Made by a program: the position numbers and the translations under genes
In this document: piece by piece, positions 29,377 through 37,927 of the stretch
Layout: each line of letters opens with the position of its first letter
How positions within the stretch are numbered: position 1 is the stretch's first letter
Source: Corallococcus sp. NCRR
Lineage (GTDB): Bacteria > Myxococcota > Myxococcia > Myxococcales > Myxococcaceae
Direction of reading: 5' to 3'
DNA: 64,000 bases
Assembly: GCF_026965535.1 (NCBI RefSeq)
Contig: NZ_CP114039.1
Span: forward strand, 7,907,461 to 7,971,460
The notes under the pieces: model-generated
The model's database searches: none
The model's input: only the letters and a program-made list of their open reading frames with translations
Told to the model about the DNA's origin: nothing

Positions 29377-30975
29377 ATGTTCAACGTCATCAACGTCTCC
29401 AAGGCCTATGGGCCCAAGAAGCTGTTCGAGGAGGTCAACGTCGCCTTCTCGCCGGGCCGCCGCTACGGCCTGACCGGCCCGAACGGGGCCGGCAAGTCCA
29501 CGTTCATGAAGATCCTCGCGGGAGACGAGGAGCAGGACACGGGCGAGATCATCCGCCCGCGCAAGCTGGGCATCCTGCGCCAGGACCACTTCCGCTACGA
29601 GAACGACCGCGTCATCGACGTGGTGTTGATGGGCAACCGCCACCTGTGGGCGGCGATGGACGAGAAGAACAAGCTGCTCGCCAAGTCGGACATCACCGAG
29701 GAGGACGGCAACCGGCTGGGTGAGCTGGAAGGCGTCATCGCGGAAGAGGACGGCTATTCGGCGGAGAGCGACGCGGCCACGCTGCTGGCCGGTCTGGGCA
29801 TCGAGGAGTCCTTCCACGAAGAGCCCATGCGCCAGCTGACGGGCGGCCTGAAGCTGCGCGTGCTGCTCGCGCAGGCGCTGTTCGGCAAGCCGGACGGGCT
29901 GCTGCTCGACGAGCCCACGAACAACCTGGATATCGACTCCATCCGCTGGCTGGAGAACTTCCTCCACGTGTACGAGGGCGTGCTGATCACCATCAGCCAC
30001 GACCGGCACTTCCTGAACAGCATCTGCACGCACATCGCGGACATCGATTACGAGACCATCATCCAGTACACGGGTGGTTACGACGACATGGTCCGGCAGA
30101 AGTCGCAGCTGCGCACCCGGGTCGAGTCCGAGACGGCGGAGAAGAAGAAGAAGATCGCCCAGCTGCAGGACTTCGTGGCGCGCTTCCACGCCGGTACGCG
30201 CGCGTCGCAGGTGCAGAGCCGCATCAAGCAGATCGACAAGCTGAAGACGGAGGACCTGAAGCGCTCGAACATCGCGCGGCCGTTCATCCGGTTCGACCAG
30301 AAGGTGGTCAGCGGGCGGCAGACGCTGATGTTCGAGGGGCTGAAGAAGTCCTTCGACGGGCAGCAGGTCATCAAGCCGTTCACGGGCCTGGTGTGCAAGG
30401 GCGAGCGCATCTGCGTGATTGGCCGCAACGCGGTGGGTAAGTCCACGCTGGTGAAGATGCTGGCCAACCAGTTGGAGCCGGACGCGGGGACCATCACCTG
30501 GGGCCACCAGGCGACGGTGGGTTACCTGCCGCAGGACCACCACGGCGTCATCCACAAGGGCACGACGTGCTTCGGCTACCTCCGGGAGATCAGCGAGAAG
30601 CTGACGAACGAGGAGATTTCCGGCGTGTTGGGCCGGATGCTCTTCTCGGGTGAGGAGCGGATGAAGGCGACGGACACGCTCTCCGGTGGTGAGACGGTGC
30701 GCGTGCTGTTGTCCAAGCTGATGATCATGCAGGACAACGTGCTGATCCTGGACGAGCCGACGAACCACCTGGACCTGGAGTCCATCGCGGCGCTGGCGGA
30801 AGGCCTGTCCAAGTTCGAAGGCACGGTCATCTGCGTGACCCACGACCAGGAGCTCATCTCCGAGGTCGCGACCCGCATCTGGAGCCTGGAGGCGGGCAAG
30901 GAAGTGCTCGACTTCAACGGCCCCTACTCCGAGTTCATGGAGAAGCACGCGGACGCGGCGCTCAAGCGCCGGTAG
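29377..30975 (+). CDS. ABC-F family ATPase (YbiT/EttA-like; two ABC domains, no TMD)
   Basis: Two Walker A (GPNGAGKST, GRNAVGKST), two ABC signatures (LTGGLKLR, LSGGETVR), two Walker B (LLLDEPTNNLD, LILDEPTNHLD); ATG at 29377. Confidence 0.9.
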   Translation: MFNVINVSKAYGPKKLFEEVNVAFSPGRRYGLTGPNGAGKSTFMKILAGDEEQDTGEIIRPRKLGILRQDHFRYENDRVIDVVLMGNRHLWAAMDEKNKLLAKSDITEEDGNRLGELEGVIAEEDGYSAESDAATLLAGLGIEESFHEEPMRQLTGGLKLRVLLAQALFGKPDGLLLDEPTNNLDIDSIRWLENFLHVYEGVLITISHDRHFLNSICTHIADIDYETIIQYTGGYDDMVRQKSQLRTRVESETAEKKKKIAQLQDFVARFHAGTRASQVQSRIKQIDKLKTEDLKRSNIARPFIRFDQKVVSGRQTLMFEGLKKSFDGQQVIKPFTGLVCKGERICVIGRNAVGKSTLVKMLANQLEPDAGTITWGHQATVGYLPQDHHGVIHKGTTCFGYLREISEKLTNEEISGVLGRMLFSGEERMKATDTLSGGETVRVLLSKLMIMQDNVLILDEPTNHLDLESIAALAEGLSKFEGTVICVTHDQELISEVATRIWSLEAGKEVLDFNGPYSEFMEKHADAALKRR

Positions 30976-31002
30976 TCCTTCGCTACTTCAGGCAGTGCCC
31001 AC

Positions 31003-31045
31003 GCCGCCCGTTTCCGGTCCTCCGGAAGCGAGGCGGCGTTTTCGT
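31003..31045 (+). terminator. Putative intrinsic terminator downstream of the ABC-F gene at the island boundary
   Basis: Imperfect inverted repeat gccgcccgtttccgg-tcct-ccggaagcgaggcggc followed by GTTTTCGTG. Confidence 0.4.
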
Positions 31046-31149
31046 GCAGGTGTCAATCACCCTCACGGGGGATGCAATCGCAGCGAGGAGTGCGCCAGAA
31101 CCTGGGGTGCCAGGTCGTCCCACCCATGACGACCCGGGGGGGCACCTCC

Positions 31150-34100
31150 ATGACTCCGAACGACTCGGTCCTGCTGAAAGAGCTTCAGCAGCAACGCACC
31201 CGGTTGCTGGATCTGAGCGCAACCAACCGACTCCTCCATTTCAAGCACACGGCCCGGACGTCGCTGCGCATTGTGGATGAATTGCCAGGTGTCGTCTTCG
31301 AGCGCCTGAGCAACCACCGCGCGCTCACGTTCCTGCCGGTGATGCCGCCGGCGCATGCCTCCAAGGAAGAGGAGGACGTCGACCCCGCCGCCGCGACGGT
31401 GGTGTTTTCGATGACGACGGAGGAAGCCCCCAGCAAGGACGCCCGTCAGAATCTGGTGCTTCAACAGGCGAAGAAGTTGGGCATTGATACCCGGTATGAG
31501 CTGCCCAAGGCGCTCCCGGCAGAGAGCGGCAGCAATCCTCGCAAGCACCAGGACCGCCACCTCCAGACGTTGTACTTCCCGGAGGATCTGGAGAGCCACT
31601 TGCACCGTATCCAGGGCCTCGCGCAAACGGCCATCCAGGAGACCGGAGCCAACCTGCTCCACTTCGTCTTCGGGTTCCTGCGCTGGTACGAGTCTGGCGA
31701 CACGCGGCAGGAGAAGCCTCGCAGCGCTCCGCTCGTGCTCATGCCGGTGAGCCTCAAGCGCGGTCAGGCGCACCCGGAGACGCAGGTCCACGCCTACGAA
31801 GTGGACTACAACGAAGGCGAGTCCATCGAAACGAACCTCACGCTCCAGGAGAAATTGCGGCAGGAATTCGGCATCACGCTGCCGGCCTTCTCCGCGGACG
31901 AGGGCCTGGAGGCGTACTTCGACAAGGTGACGACGCTGCTCAAGGGACTGCGTCCTGGCTGGAGCCTGGAGCGGCAGGTGACCCTGACGCTGCTGTCCTT
32001 CGGGCGGCTCCTGATGTGGCGGGACCTGGAGCCTACCCGCTGGCCCCAGAACAGTCCCATGCTGGCGAACCCGCTCGTCCGAACACTGATGGGAGGACAG
32101 GCGCAGGCGAACGAACCTGGTGGAGGTGGCGGGGGCAGTCGGGAACGCCGGAGCGAGGTCTACGACCTGGATTCACCCGAGGTAAATCCTCCGCCGCTCA
32201 TCACGGACGCCGACAGCAGCCAGCACAGTGTGTTGGTGGACGTACTCCGAGGCGAAAACCTGGTGGTCCAGGGGCCGCCTGGCACCGGGAAATCACAGAC
32301 CATCACCAACCTCATTGGCGCGGCGCTGGCGGCGGGCAAGACCGTGCTGTTCGTCACGCAGAAGCTGGCGGCGCTGGAGGTCGTCTCGCGCCGCCTCCAG
32401 CAGGCGGGGCTCGGCGAGTTCTGCCTGGAGTTGCATAGCCACAAGACCCAGAAACAGCAGTTCATGGAGGATCTGCGTCGACGACTCAACCTGGATACGA
32501 GCGCGAGCGCCCCTCGCCCTCTCACCGAACAGGTCTTGAGCGCGGCAGGCATCCTGCGCGCGCACACCGAGCGAATGCACAAGCCTTTCGGGACGCTCGG
32601 CATGTCACCGCACGACGTGTTCTGGAAGGTCAGTCGTGCGGAGTCAGAGTTGGGGGAAGCGGTCGTGGAGTTGGAGGGCCTCCGCTTCGAGGGCGCTGAA
32701 GGTATGTCCCCCCTTGCGCTGGCGGAGGTTCGCAACGCGGTTCGGAACCTCGCGGCGCAACTGGGGGATGTTCGCCGCGTCGCGCCCATCCTCAGTGCCC
32801 ACCCATGGGCGGGTGTAACGAACGATGCGCTGACCGACAAGGACCGCCAGACACTCATTCAACGGATCGCCACCTGGGAAGAGTCCGCCCTACTTCTAGA
32901 GAAGGCGCTGGCGACCTTCACCGTCCGCACGGGCGTCACGCCCAGGTCGAGCGCGCTCGCGGTGGATGCGCTGGTCTCCAACATCCGGGTCCTGCCGCAG
33001 CTTCCGGAGGGTGCTCCCGCAACGCTGGTCCCTGCCCTACTCGATTCGACGCAGCGCCAGGGATTACGAGTCCTGCTCGATGCCATCGAAGCGGTCCAGA
33101 AGCAGTGGGCGGGGTTGGAGGCGGGCTGGCGAGCCCAGGAGGACCTGACCGTGACCGCGCTGCGCGACGCGGAAGCCGTCCTCGACATTACCCTGCGCCT
33201 GCTCTCGCCTGACACCACGCTCGTCACCCTGACGCGCGCGCACGAAGCGGTGGAAGCAGCGGCCCGAGGCCTGGGGCAGGCTCGCCGGTTCGTTGCCGAA
33301 GTGGCCTTGCGCCTGGAGGTCGACGTCACGCTCTGGACGCCTCAACAAATCCAGATTTTCGCCCGCGTCGTCGAGGCCATGGCCGCCCTGGACGACACCA
33401 CTTTGGAGTGGCGGGACCCACGCTGGCTTGAGCGCGAAGCCGAGGAGGCACTTCGGAAAGCCGGGGTGACGTGCACGGAATTGAAAGAGCAGGGCCGGGC
33501 GCTCGCGGTGCGCTTCATGCCCGAGCTTGTCCCTCCCCTCGCAACACTCAAGTCCCATGCCGTCGCGGTTTCGACCGCGCCATTCATCCCCTGGTTCTCG
33601 GGCGCATGGCGTGCCGCGCGGCGGGACTTCCAGGCCATGGCTCATGGTGTCCGTCCAACAAAGCCCGTACTCATCCAGGGATACAACGACCTGCTGGCAC
33701 ATTACGCGGCACGGGAGCGGTTCCAAGAGGACGCGACCCTGAAAGAGACCCTGGGTGCCCGCTTCCAGGGAATCGAGACGCGTTTCGATCGAATCCTCTC
33801 GTGGTTGGACACATACCGGAACATCGACGCATTGCTCCTCCCAATGGGCGAGCGAGGTCTGGAGCTGCGCCGCGCGGTGTTGGAGCGTTCCCCGAGCCAG
33901 TGGCGAGATGCCCTGGCGAGGGTCCGCGCGAAGAGTGATGAACTTCCCCAGGTCCGCGACGTGAGTACCTCCGTGCAAGAGGCCTCGACGCGCATGGGGC
34001 TGCCGCACGCGCCCTGGAACACCGAGCCCTGCGGAAAGGCCCAGGACAGTCTCGACGCCCTGCTGAAGCACCTGGGTAAGGTTCTGCATTGGGCACGGAA

Positions 34101-36348
34101 GGGAGATGCCCCGCCGTCCCTGCCCCTCTCTCAACTCCAGGGACAGTTGCGCAGGGTGCGCGAGGCGTGCGGAGCCGCGGAGCGGCTGGAAGCTCACGCT
34201 CCCGCAGCGGCCCTGCCGGGGGTGGCCTACCAGGGCCGGAAAACCTCACTCGCGGGTCCCCGAAGCGTTCTTCGCCATGTCGATGCCCTCCTGGCGGCGC
34301 CGCTGCCGGAAGGTCTGGCGGAGTGGCTGCTGCGAGAGGACACGCCACGAAGGCACGCGGACCTGCATGCGGCCGCGAACGAGTTGGAGACCGGGCTCAC
34401 TGCCTATAGACAGTCCGCCGCCCAAGCCTGGGAACTGGGAAGGATGGCCCCGGGCACCTGGGAGGAACTCGCCACCGAGTCCCCGCTCCAATCGACGGTC
34501 TTGCGCCTGCGTCAGGCCCGAAGCCAGTCCGCGACGCTTCCGGCCTGGTGCGCGTATCAACGGCAGCGGCGCGCCGTCGCGCGAGCGCGGAGCACCGCCG
34601 GGTTCCTGGAGCGCGTCGACACACGCCCCGGTCTGGAGCCGGAACAGCTGGTCTCCGCCTTCGACGCTGTCTTCTTCCGCTCTCTGGCGGAAGCCATCCT
34701 GCGAGACCAACCAGAGCTCGATCAATTCACTGGCGCCATCCATGCATCCCAGCGAGAGGAGTTCGCACGCTTGGACACGCATTGCATCGAAAAGCAGGGC
34801 CGCTACCTGGCGCGTCAACTCAGCCAGCGTCCGGTTCCTCCCGGCGTGTCCTCGGCGAAGGTAGCGGGCATGACGGAGACTCATCTTCTGAGGCACGAGC
34901 TGGGAAAGAAGCAGCGGCACCTCCCCATCCGTGAACTGGTGGCACGCGCCGGCAGTGCGCTCCAGACGCTGATGCCGTGTTTCATGATGGGTCCGCAGTC
35001 TGTCGCCCAGTACCTGCCCGCCGGACAGCTGACCTTCGACCTGGTGGTGATGGACGAGGCCAGTCAGATGCGCCCCGAAGATGCCCTGGGAGCCATTGCC
35101 CGAGGAAAGCAGTTGGTAGTGGTGGGCGACCCGGAGCAACTCCCTCCCACCAGCTTCTTCGCCCAGATGGAGCAAGAGGACACAGACTCCAACGACGAGA
35201 CAGGACACGAGGCCGAGGGCCCGTCCTTCCTGGAGGATTCAGAGAGCATCCTCACGGCGGCGGCGGAGCGGTTCCCCATGCGCATGCTGCGCTGGCATTA
35301 CCGTTCCCGGCACCCCTCACTGATCGCCTTCAGCAATCGCGAGTTCTACAACGGTGACCTCATCACCTTCCCTGCACCGGGTGAGCAACTGGAAGGGTTG
35401 GGACTGCGCTTCCATAAGGTGGACGGAGGACTGTACGAGTCCAACCGCAACGTCCCCGAGGCTCGTGAGGTGCTCGCGAAGGTGAAAGAGCACGCGCGTA
35501 CACACCCCGAGCAAAGCCTGTTGGTCGTCACGTTGAACTCGAAGCAGCGGGATCTCATCGACGATCTGGTGACGGCCGAGGAGAAGAACGACGCGGACCT
35601 CCGGGCCTTCCTGGCGAGGTGGGAGAAGTCACCCATGCCTTTCGACGTGAAGAACCTGGAGAACGTCCAGGGCGACGAGCGCGACGCCATCTTCGTGTCG
35701 GTCACGTTCGGTCCGGACAAGAACGATCGCTTCCGGATGAACTTCGGACCCATCAACCAGGCGGACGGATACCGCCGGTTGAACGTCCTTTTCACGCGGG
35801 CGCGCTGCGCACTCACGGTGTTCGCGTCCTTCGACCCCTCGGACCTCAAGGTCCAGGAGAGCAGTCCCCGTGGGATGCGCGTCCTGCAACGGTACCTGTC
35901 CGAAGCCAAGGGAGAGAAGGTTGCGCACGGCGTGGGGAGCGGCCGTCCACCAGACTCCGACTTCGAAATCGCCGTCGCGAAGGCGCTCGCGGCGCGGGGC
36001 TTCGAGGTGGTTCCGCAGGTAGGTGTCGCGGGCTACTTCATCGACATGGCCCTCCGGCATCCCCAGCAATCGGGCCGATACATCCTCGGCGTCGAGTGTG
36101 ACGGCGAGCGGTACCACTCGTCGCGCTCCGCACGGGACCGGGATCGGCTCCGGGACCAGGTGTTGAAAGGCCTGGGGTGGAAGCTTCACCGCATCTGGTC
36201 CACGGATTGGTTCCGCTCGCCTTCAGAAGAGGTCGCCCGGATCGTCGCGCACGTTGAGGAACTCCTTCGGGAGGAGGCGGCTGGGTTGCCAGCCGTGGCG
36301 CGAGAAGAGTCCCCTGTGGATCAGCCAATGCGCGCCGTCAGCGCCTGA
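31150..36348 (+). CDS. DUF4011 / SF1 (Upf1-like) helicase / DUF3320 (Vsr/DUF559-like nuclease) giant protein; Hhe-like defence helicase-nuclease
   Basis: N-terminal DUF4011 (LLKELQQQRTRLLDLSATNRLLHFKH); Walker A VVQGPPGTGKSQTI; DEAS LVVMDEASQM; VVVGDPEQLPP; motif VI LNVLFTRARCALTVF; C-terminal Vsr-like IAVAKALAARGFEV...ILGVECDGERYHSS...RDRLRDQVLKGLGWKLHRIW; modestly lower GC than flanks. Confidence 0.82.
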   Translation: MTPNDSVLLKELQQQRTRLLDLSATNRLLHFKHTARTSLRIVDELPGVVFERLSNHRALTFLPVMPPAHASKEEEDVDPAAATVVFSMTTEEAPSKDARQNLVLQQAKKLGIDTRYELPKALPAESGSNPRKHQDRHLQTLYFPEDLESHLHRIQGLAQTAIQETGANLLHFVFGFLRWYESGDTRQEKPRSAPLVLMPVSLKRGQAHPETQVHAYEVDYNEGESIETNLTLQEKLRQEFGITLPAFSADEGLEAYFDKVTTLLKGLRPGWSLERQVTLTLLSFGRLLMWRDLEPTRWPQNSPMLANPLVRTLMGGQAQANEPGGGGGGSRERRSEVYDLDSPEVNPPPLITDADSSQHSVLVDVLRGENLVVQGPPGTGKSQTITNLIGAALAAGKTVLFVTQKLAALEVVSRRLQQAGLGEFCLELHSHKTQKQQFMEDLRRRLNLDTSASAPRPLTEQVLSAAGILRAHTERMHKPFGTLGMSPHDVFWKVSRAESELGEAVVELEGLRFEGAEGMSPLALAEVRNAVRNLAAQLGDVRRVAPILSAHPWAGVTNDALTDKDRQTLIQRIATWEESALLLEKALATFTVRTGVTPRSSALAVDALVSNIRVLPQLPEGAPATLVPALLDSTQRQGLRVLLDAIEAVQKQWAGLEAGWRAQEDLTVTALRDAEAVLDITLRLLSPDTTLVTLTRAHEAVEAAARGLGQARRFVAEVALRLEVDVTLWTPQQIQIFARVVEAMAALDDTTLEWRDPRWLEREAEEALRKAGVTCTELKEQGRALAVRFMPELVPPLATLKSHAVAVSTAPFIPWFSGAWRAARRDFQAMAHGVRPTKPVLIQGYNDLLAHYAARERFQEDATLKETLGARFQGIETRFDRILSWLDTYRNIDALLLPMGERGLELRRAVLERSPSQWRDALARVRAKSDELPQVRDVSTSVQEASTRMGLPHAPWNTEPCGKAQDSLDALLKHLGKVLHWARKGDAPPSLPLSQLQGQLRRVREACGAAERLEAHAPAAALPGVAYQGRKTSLAGPRSVLRHVDALLAAPLPEGLAEWLLREDTPRRHADLHAAANELETGLTAYRQSAAQAWELGRMAPGTWEELATESPLQSTVLRLRQARSQSATLPAWCAYQRQRRAVARARSTAGFLERVDTRPGLEPEQLVSAFDAVFFRSLAEAILRDQPELDQFTGAIHASQREEFARLDTHCIEKQGRYLARQLSQRPVPPGVSSAKVAGMTETHLLRHELGKKQRHLPIRELVARAGSALQTLMPCFMMGPQSVAQYLPAGQLTFDLVVMDEASQMRPEDALGAIARGKQLVVVGDPEQLPPTSFFAQMEQEDTDSNDETGHEAEGPSFLEDSESILTAAAERFPMRMLRWHYRSRHPSLIAFSNREFYNGDLITFPAPGEQLEGLGLRFHKVDGGLYESNRNVPEAREVLAKVKEHARTHPEQSLLVVTLNSKQRDLIDDLVTAEEKNDADLRAFLARWEKSPMPFDVKNLENVQGDERDAIFVSVTFGPDKNDRFRMNFGPINQADGYRRLNVLFTRARCALTVFASFDPSDLKVQESSPRGMRVLQRYLSEAKGEKVAHGVGSGRPPDSDFEIAVAKALAARGFEVVPQVGVAGYFIDMALRHPQQSGRYILGVECDGERYHSSRSARDRDRLRDQVLKGLGWKLHRIWSTDWFRSPSEEVARIVAHVEELLREEAAGLPAVAREESPVDQPMRAVSA

Positions 36349-36361
36349 ACAGGAAATATCC

Positions 36362-37927
36362 ATGACAACGATCATCGCCATTGGCCTGGGCGTTTTGGGC
36401 CTTTTGCTCCTGGGCTTGTTGCTGCGGACGCGAAGCCAACTCAAGGCGGTCCAGGCACGATTCAAGCCCATCCTGGACCTGGAGGCCGAACGACGCCGGC
36501 TCGCGGAGGAGTTGACGCAAGCCCGCACTGACGCAACCGCCGCGATGGCTGCGGAACAGAAGCGGGTCCAGGATGAGTTGGCGAAGTCCCGGAGCGAAGC
36601 GGACAATGCGCTGGCTGCGGAGCGGAAGCGGGTGGAAACCGAGCTCGCCCGCGCCAAGGCGGACGTAGAGCAGGCCATCTCCGCGGAGCAGGGCCGGGCG
36701 AAGGCGGAGTTGAACCGGATCCGCGAAGAAACGAACCGGACGACGCAAAGCGCGACGCGCGCCATGGAGGAGGCGGAAGCACGTCGAAAGCAGGCGAACA
36801 CCGAGCGGACCAGCCTGGAAACAGGCCTTGCCCGATTGAAAGCCGAATTGAAGGCATTGGAGGAAGAGGAGGTTCTGCTCACCTTCGGCTTCTACAAACC
36901 GGTGTACGCGCTGGCGTCGGTCAAGGAGTACGAGGACCGCTTGGAGAGGATCCGCGAATCGCAGAAGCAGATGCTGAAGAACAAGGAAGCAGCCACATGC
37001 TCCATTCAGTGGGAGGTGAATGGGAGCAAGGCGGAAGGCAAGAAGCAGATTGACCGGACCTTGAAGCTGATGCTCCGGGCGTTCAATGGCGAGGCGGACG
37101 CATGTGTGGCGAAGGTCTCCTACAAGAACGTGAAGGCCATGGAGACGCGTATCGAGAAGGCAGCTGCCGCCATCAATGGCCTCGCGGAGATCCAGCAGTG
37201 CGTCATTGCCAGGCGCTACGTCAAGCTCAAGGTCGAAGAGTTGATGCTCGCGTATGAGTACGAGGAGAAGGTGCAGCAGGAGCGTGACGAGCAGCGCCGG
37301 ATCCGGGAGCAGATGCGTGAGGAGGAGGCCGCCCAACGCGAACTGGAAAAGGCGAAACTGGAAGCGGAGCGCGAAGCGAAGCGCGACGCGGAGGCCCTGG
37401 CCAAGGCGAAAGCGGACTACGAGCAGGCCAAAGGCTCAGAGCAGCAGAAGTTGATGGAGCGCATCGCGGAGCTGGAGCGCCGTGTGGCGGAGGACCTGGA
37501 GAAGCAGCGGGCCATCTCCCAGGCCCAACTCACCCGGACAGGGCACGTCTACGTCATCTCCAACATCGGCTCGTTCGGGGAGGGCGTGTTCAAGATGGGC
37601 ATGACCCGCCGGCTGGTGCCCCAGGACCGCATCGACGAACTGGGAGACGCCTCGGTGCCGTTCGAGTTCGACGTTCACGCCATCATCCGGACCTCGGACG
37701 CCCCAGCCCTGGAAAACGCCCTGCACAAGGCCTTCGCGAACCGGCGCGTCAACCGCATCAACGAGCGCAAGGAGTTCTTCCGCGTCAACCTGGATGAGAT
37801 CGCGGAAGCGGTCCGCAAGCACCACGGCGAGTTTGAATTGACCCGGGTGGCCGAAGCTGCGGAATACCGGAAGACATTGGCACTCCAAGAGGAGGAACAG
37901 GGTCGACCCGGTGAGCGGGCCGCATGA
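36362..37927 (+). CDS. Membrane-anchored coiled-coil protein with DUF4041 and a C-terminal T5orf172 (GIY-YIG-superfamily) domain
   Basis: N-terminal TM MTTIIAIGLGVLGLLLLGLLL; long E/R/A/K-rich coiled coils; DUF4041 (LLTFGFYKPVYALASVKEYEDRLERIRESQ...); T5orf172 (GHVYVISNIGSFGEGVFKMGMTRRLVPQDRIDELGDASVPFEFDVHAIIRTSDAPALENALHKAF); starts 14 nt after the helicase stop. Confidence 0.78.
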   Translation: MTTIIAIGLGVLGLLLLGLLLRTRSQLKAVQARFKPILDLEAERRRLAEELTQARTDATAAMAAEQKRVQDELAKSRSEADNALAAERKRVETELARAKADVEQAISAEQGRAKAELNRIREETNRTTQSATRAMEEAEARRKQANTERTSLETGLARLKAELKALEEEEVLLTFGFYKPVYALASVKEYEDRLERIRESQKQMLKNKEAATCSIQWEVNGSKAEGKKQIDRTLKLMLRAFNGEADACVAKVSYKNVKAMETRIEKAAAAINGLAEIQQCVIARRYVKLKVEELMLAYEYEEKVQQERDEQRRIREQMREEEAAQRELEKAKLEAEREAKRDAEALAKAKADYEQAKGSEQQKLMERIAELERRVAEDLEKQRAISQAQLTRTGHVYVISNIGSFGEGVFKMGMTRRLVPQDRIDELGDASVPFEFDVHAIIRTSDAPALENALHKAFANRRVNRINERKEFFRVNLDEIAEAVRKHHGEFELTRVAEAAEYRKTLALQEEEQGRPGERAA

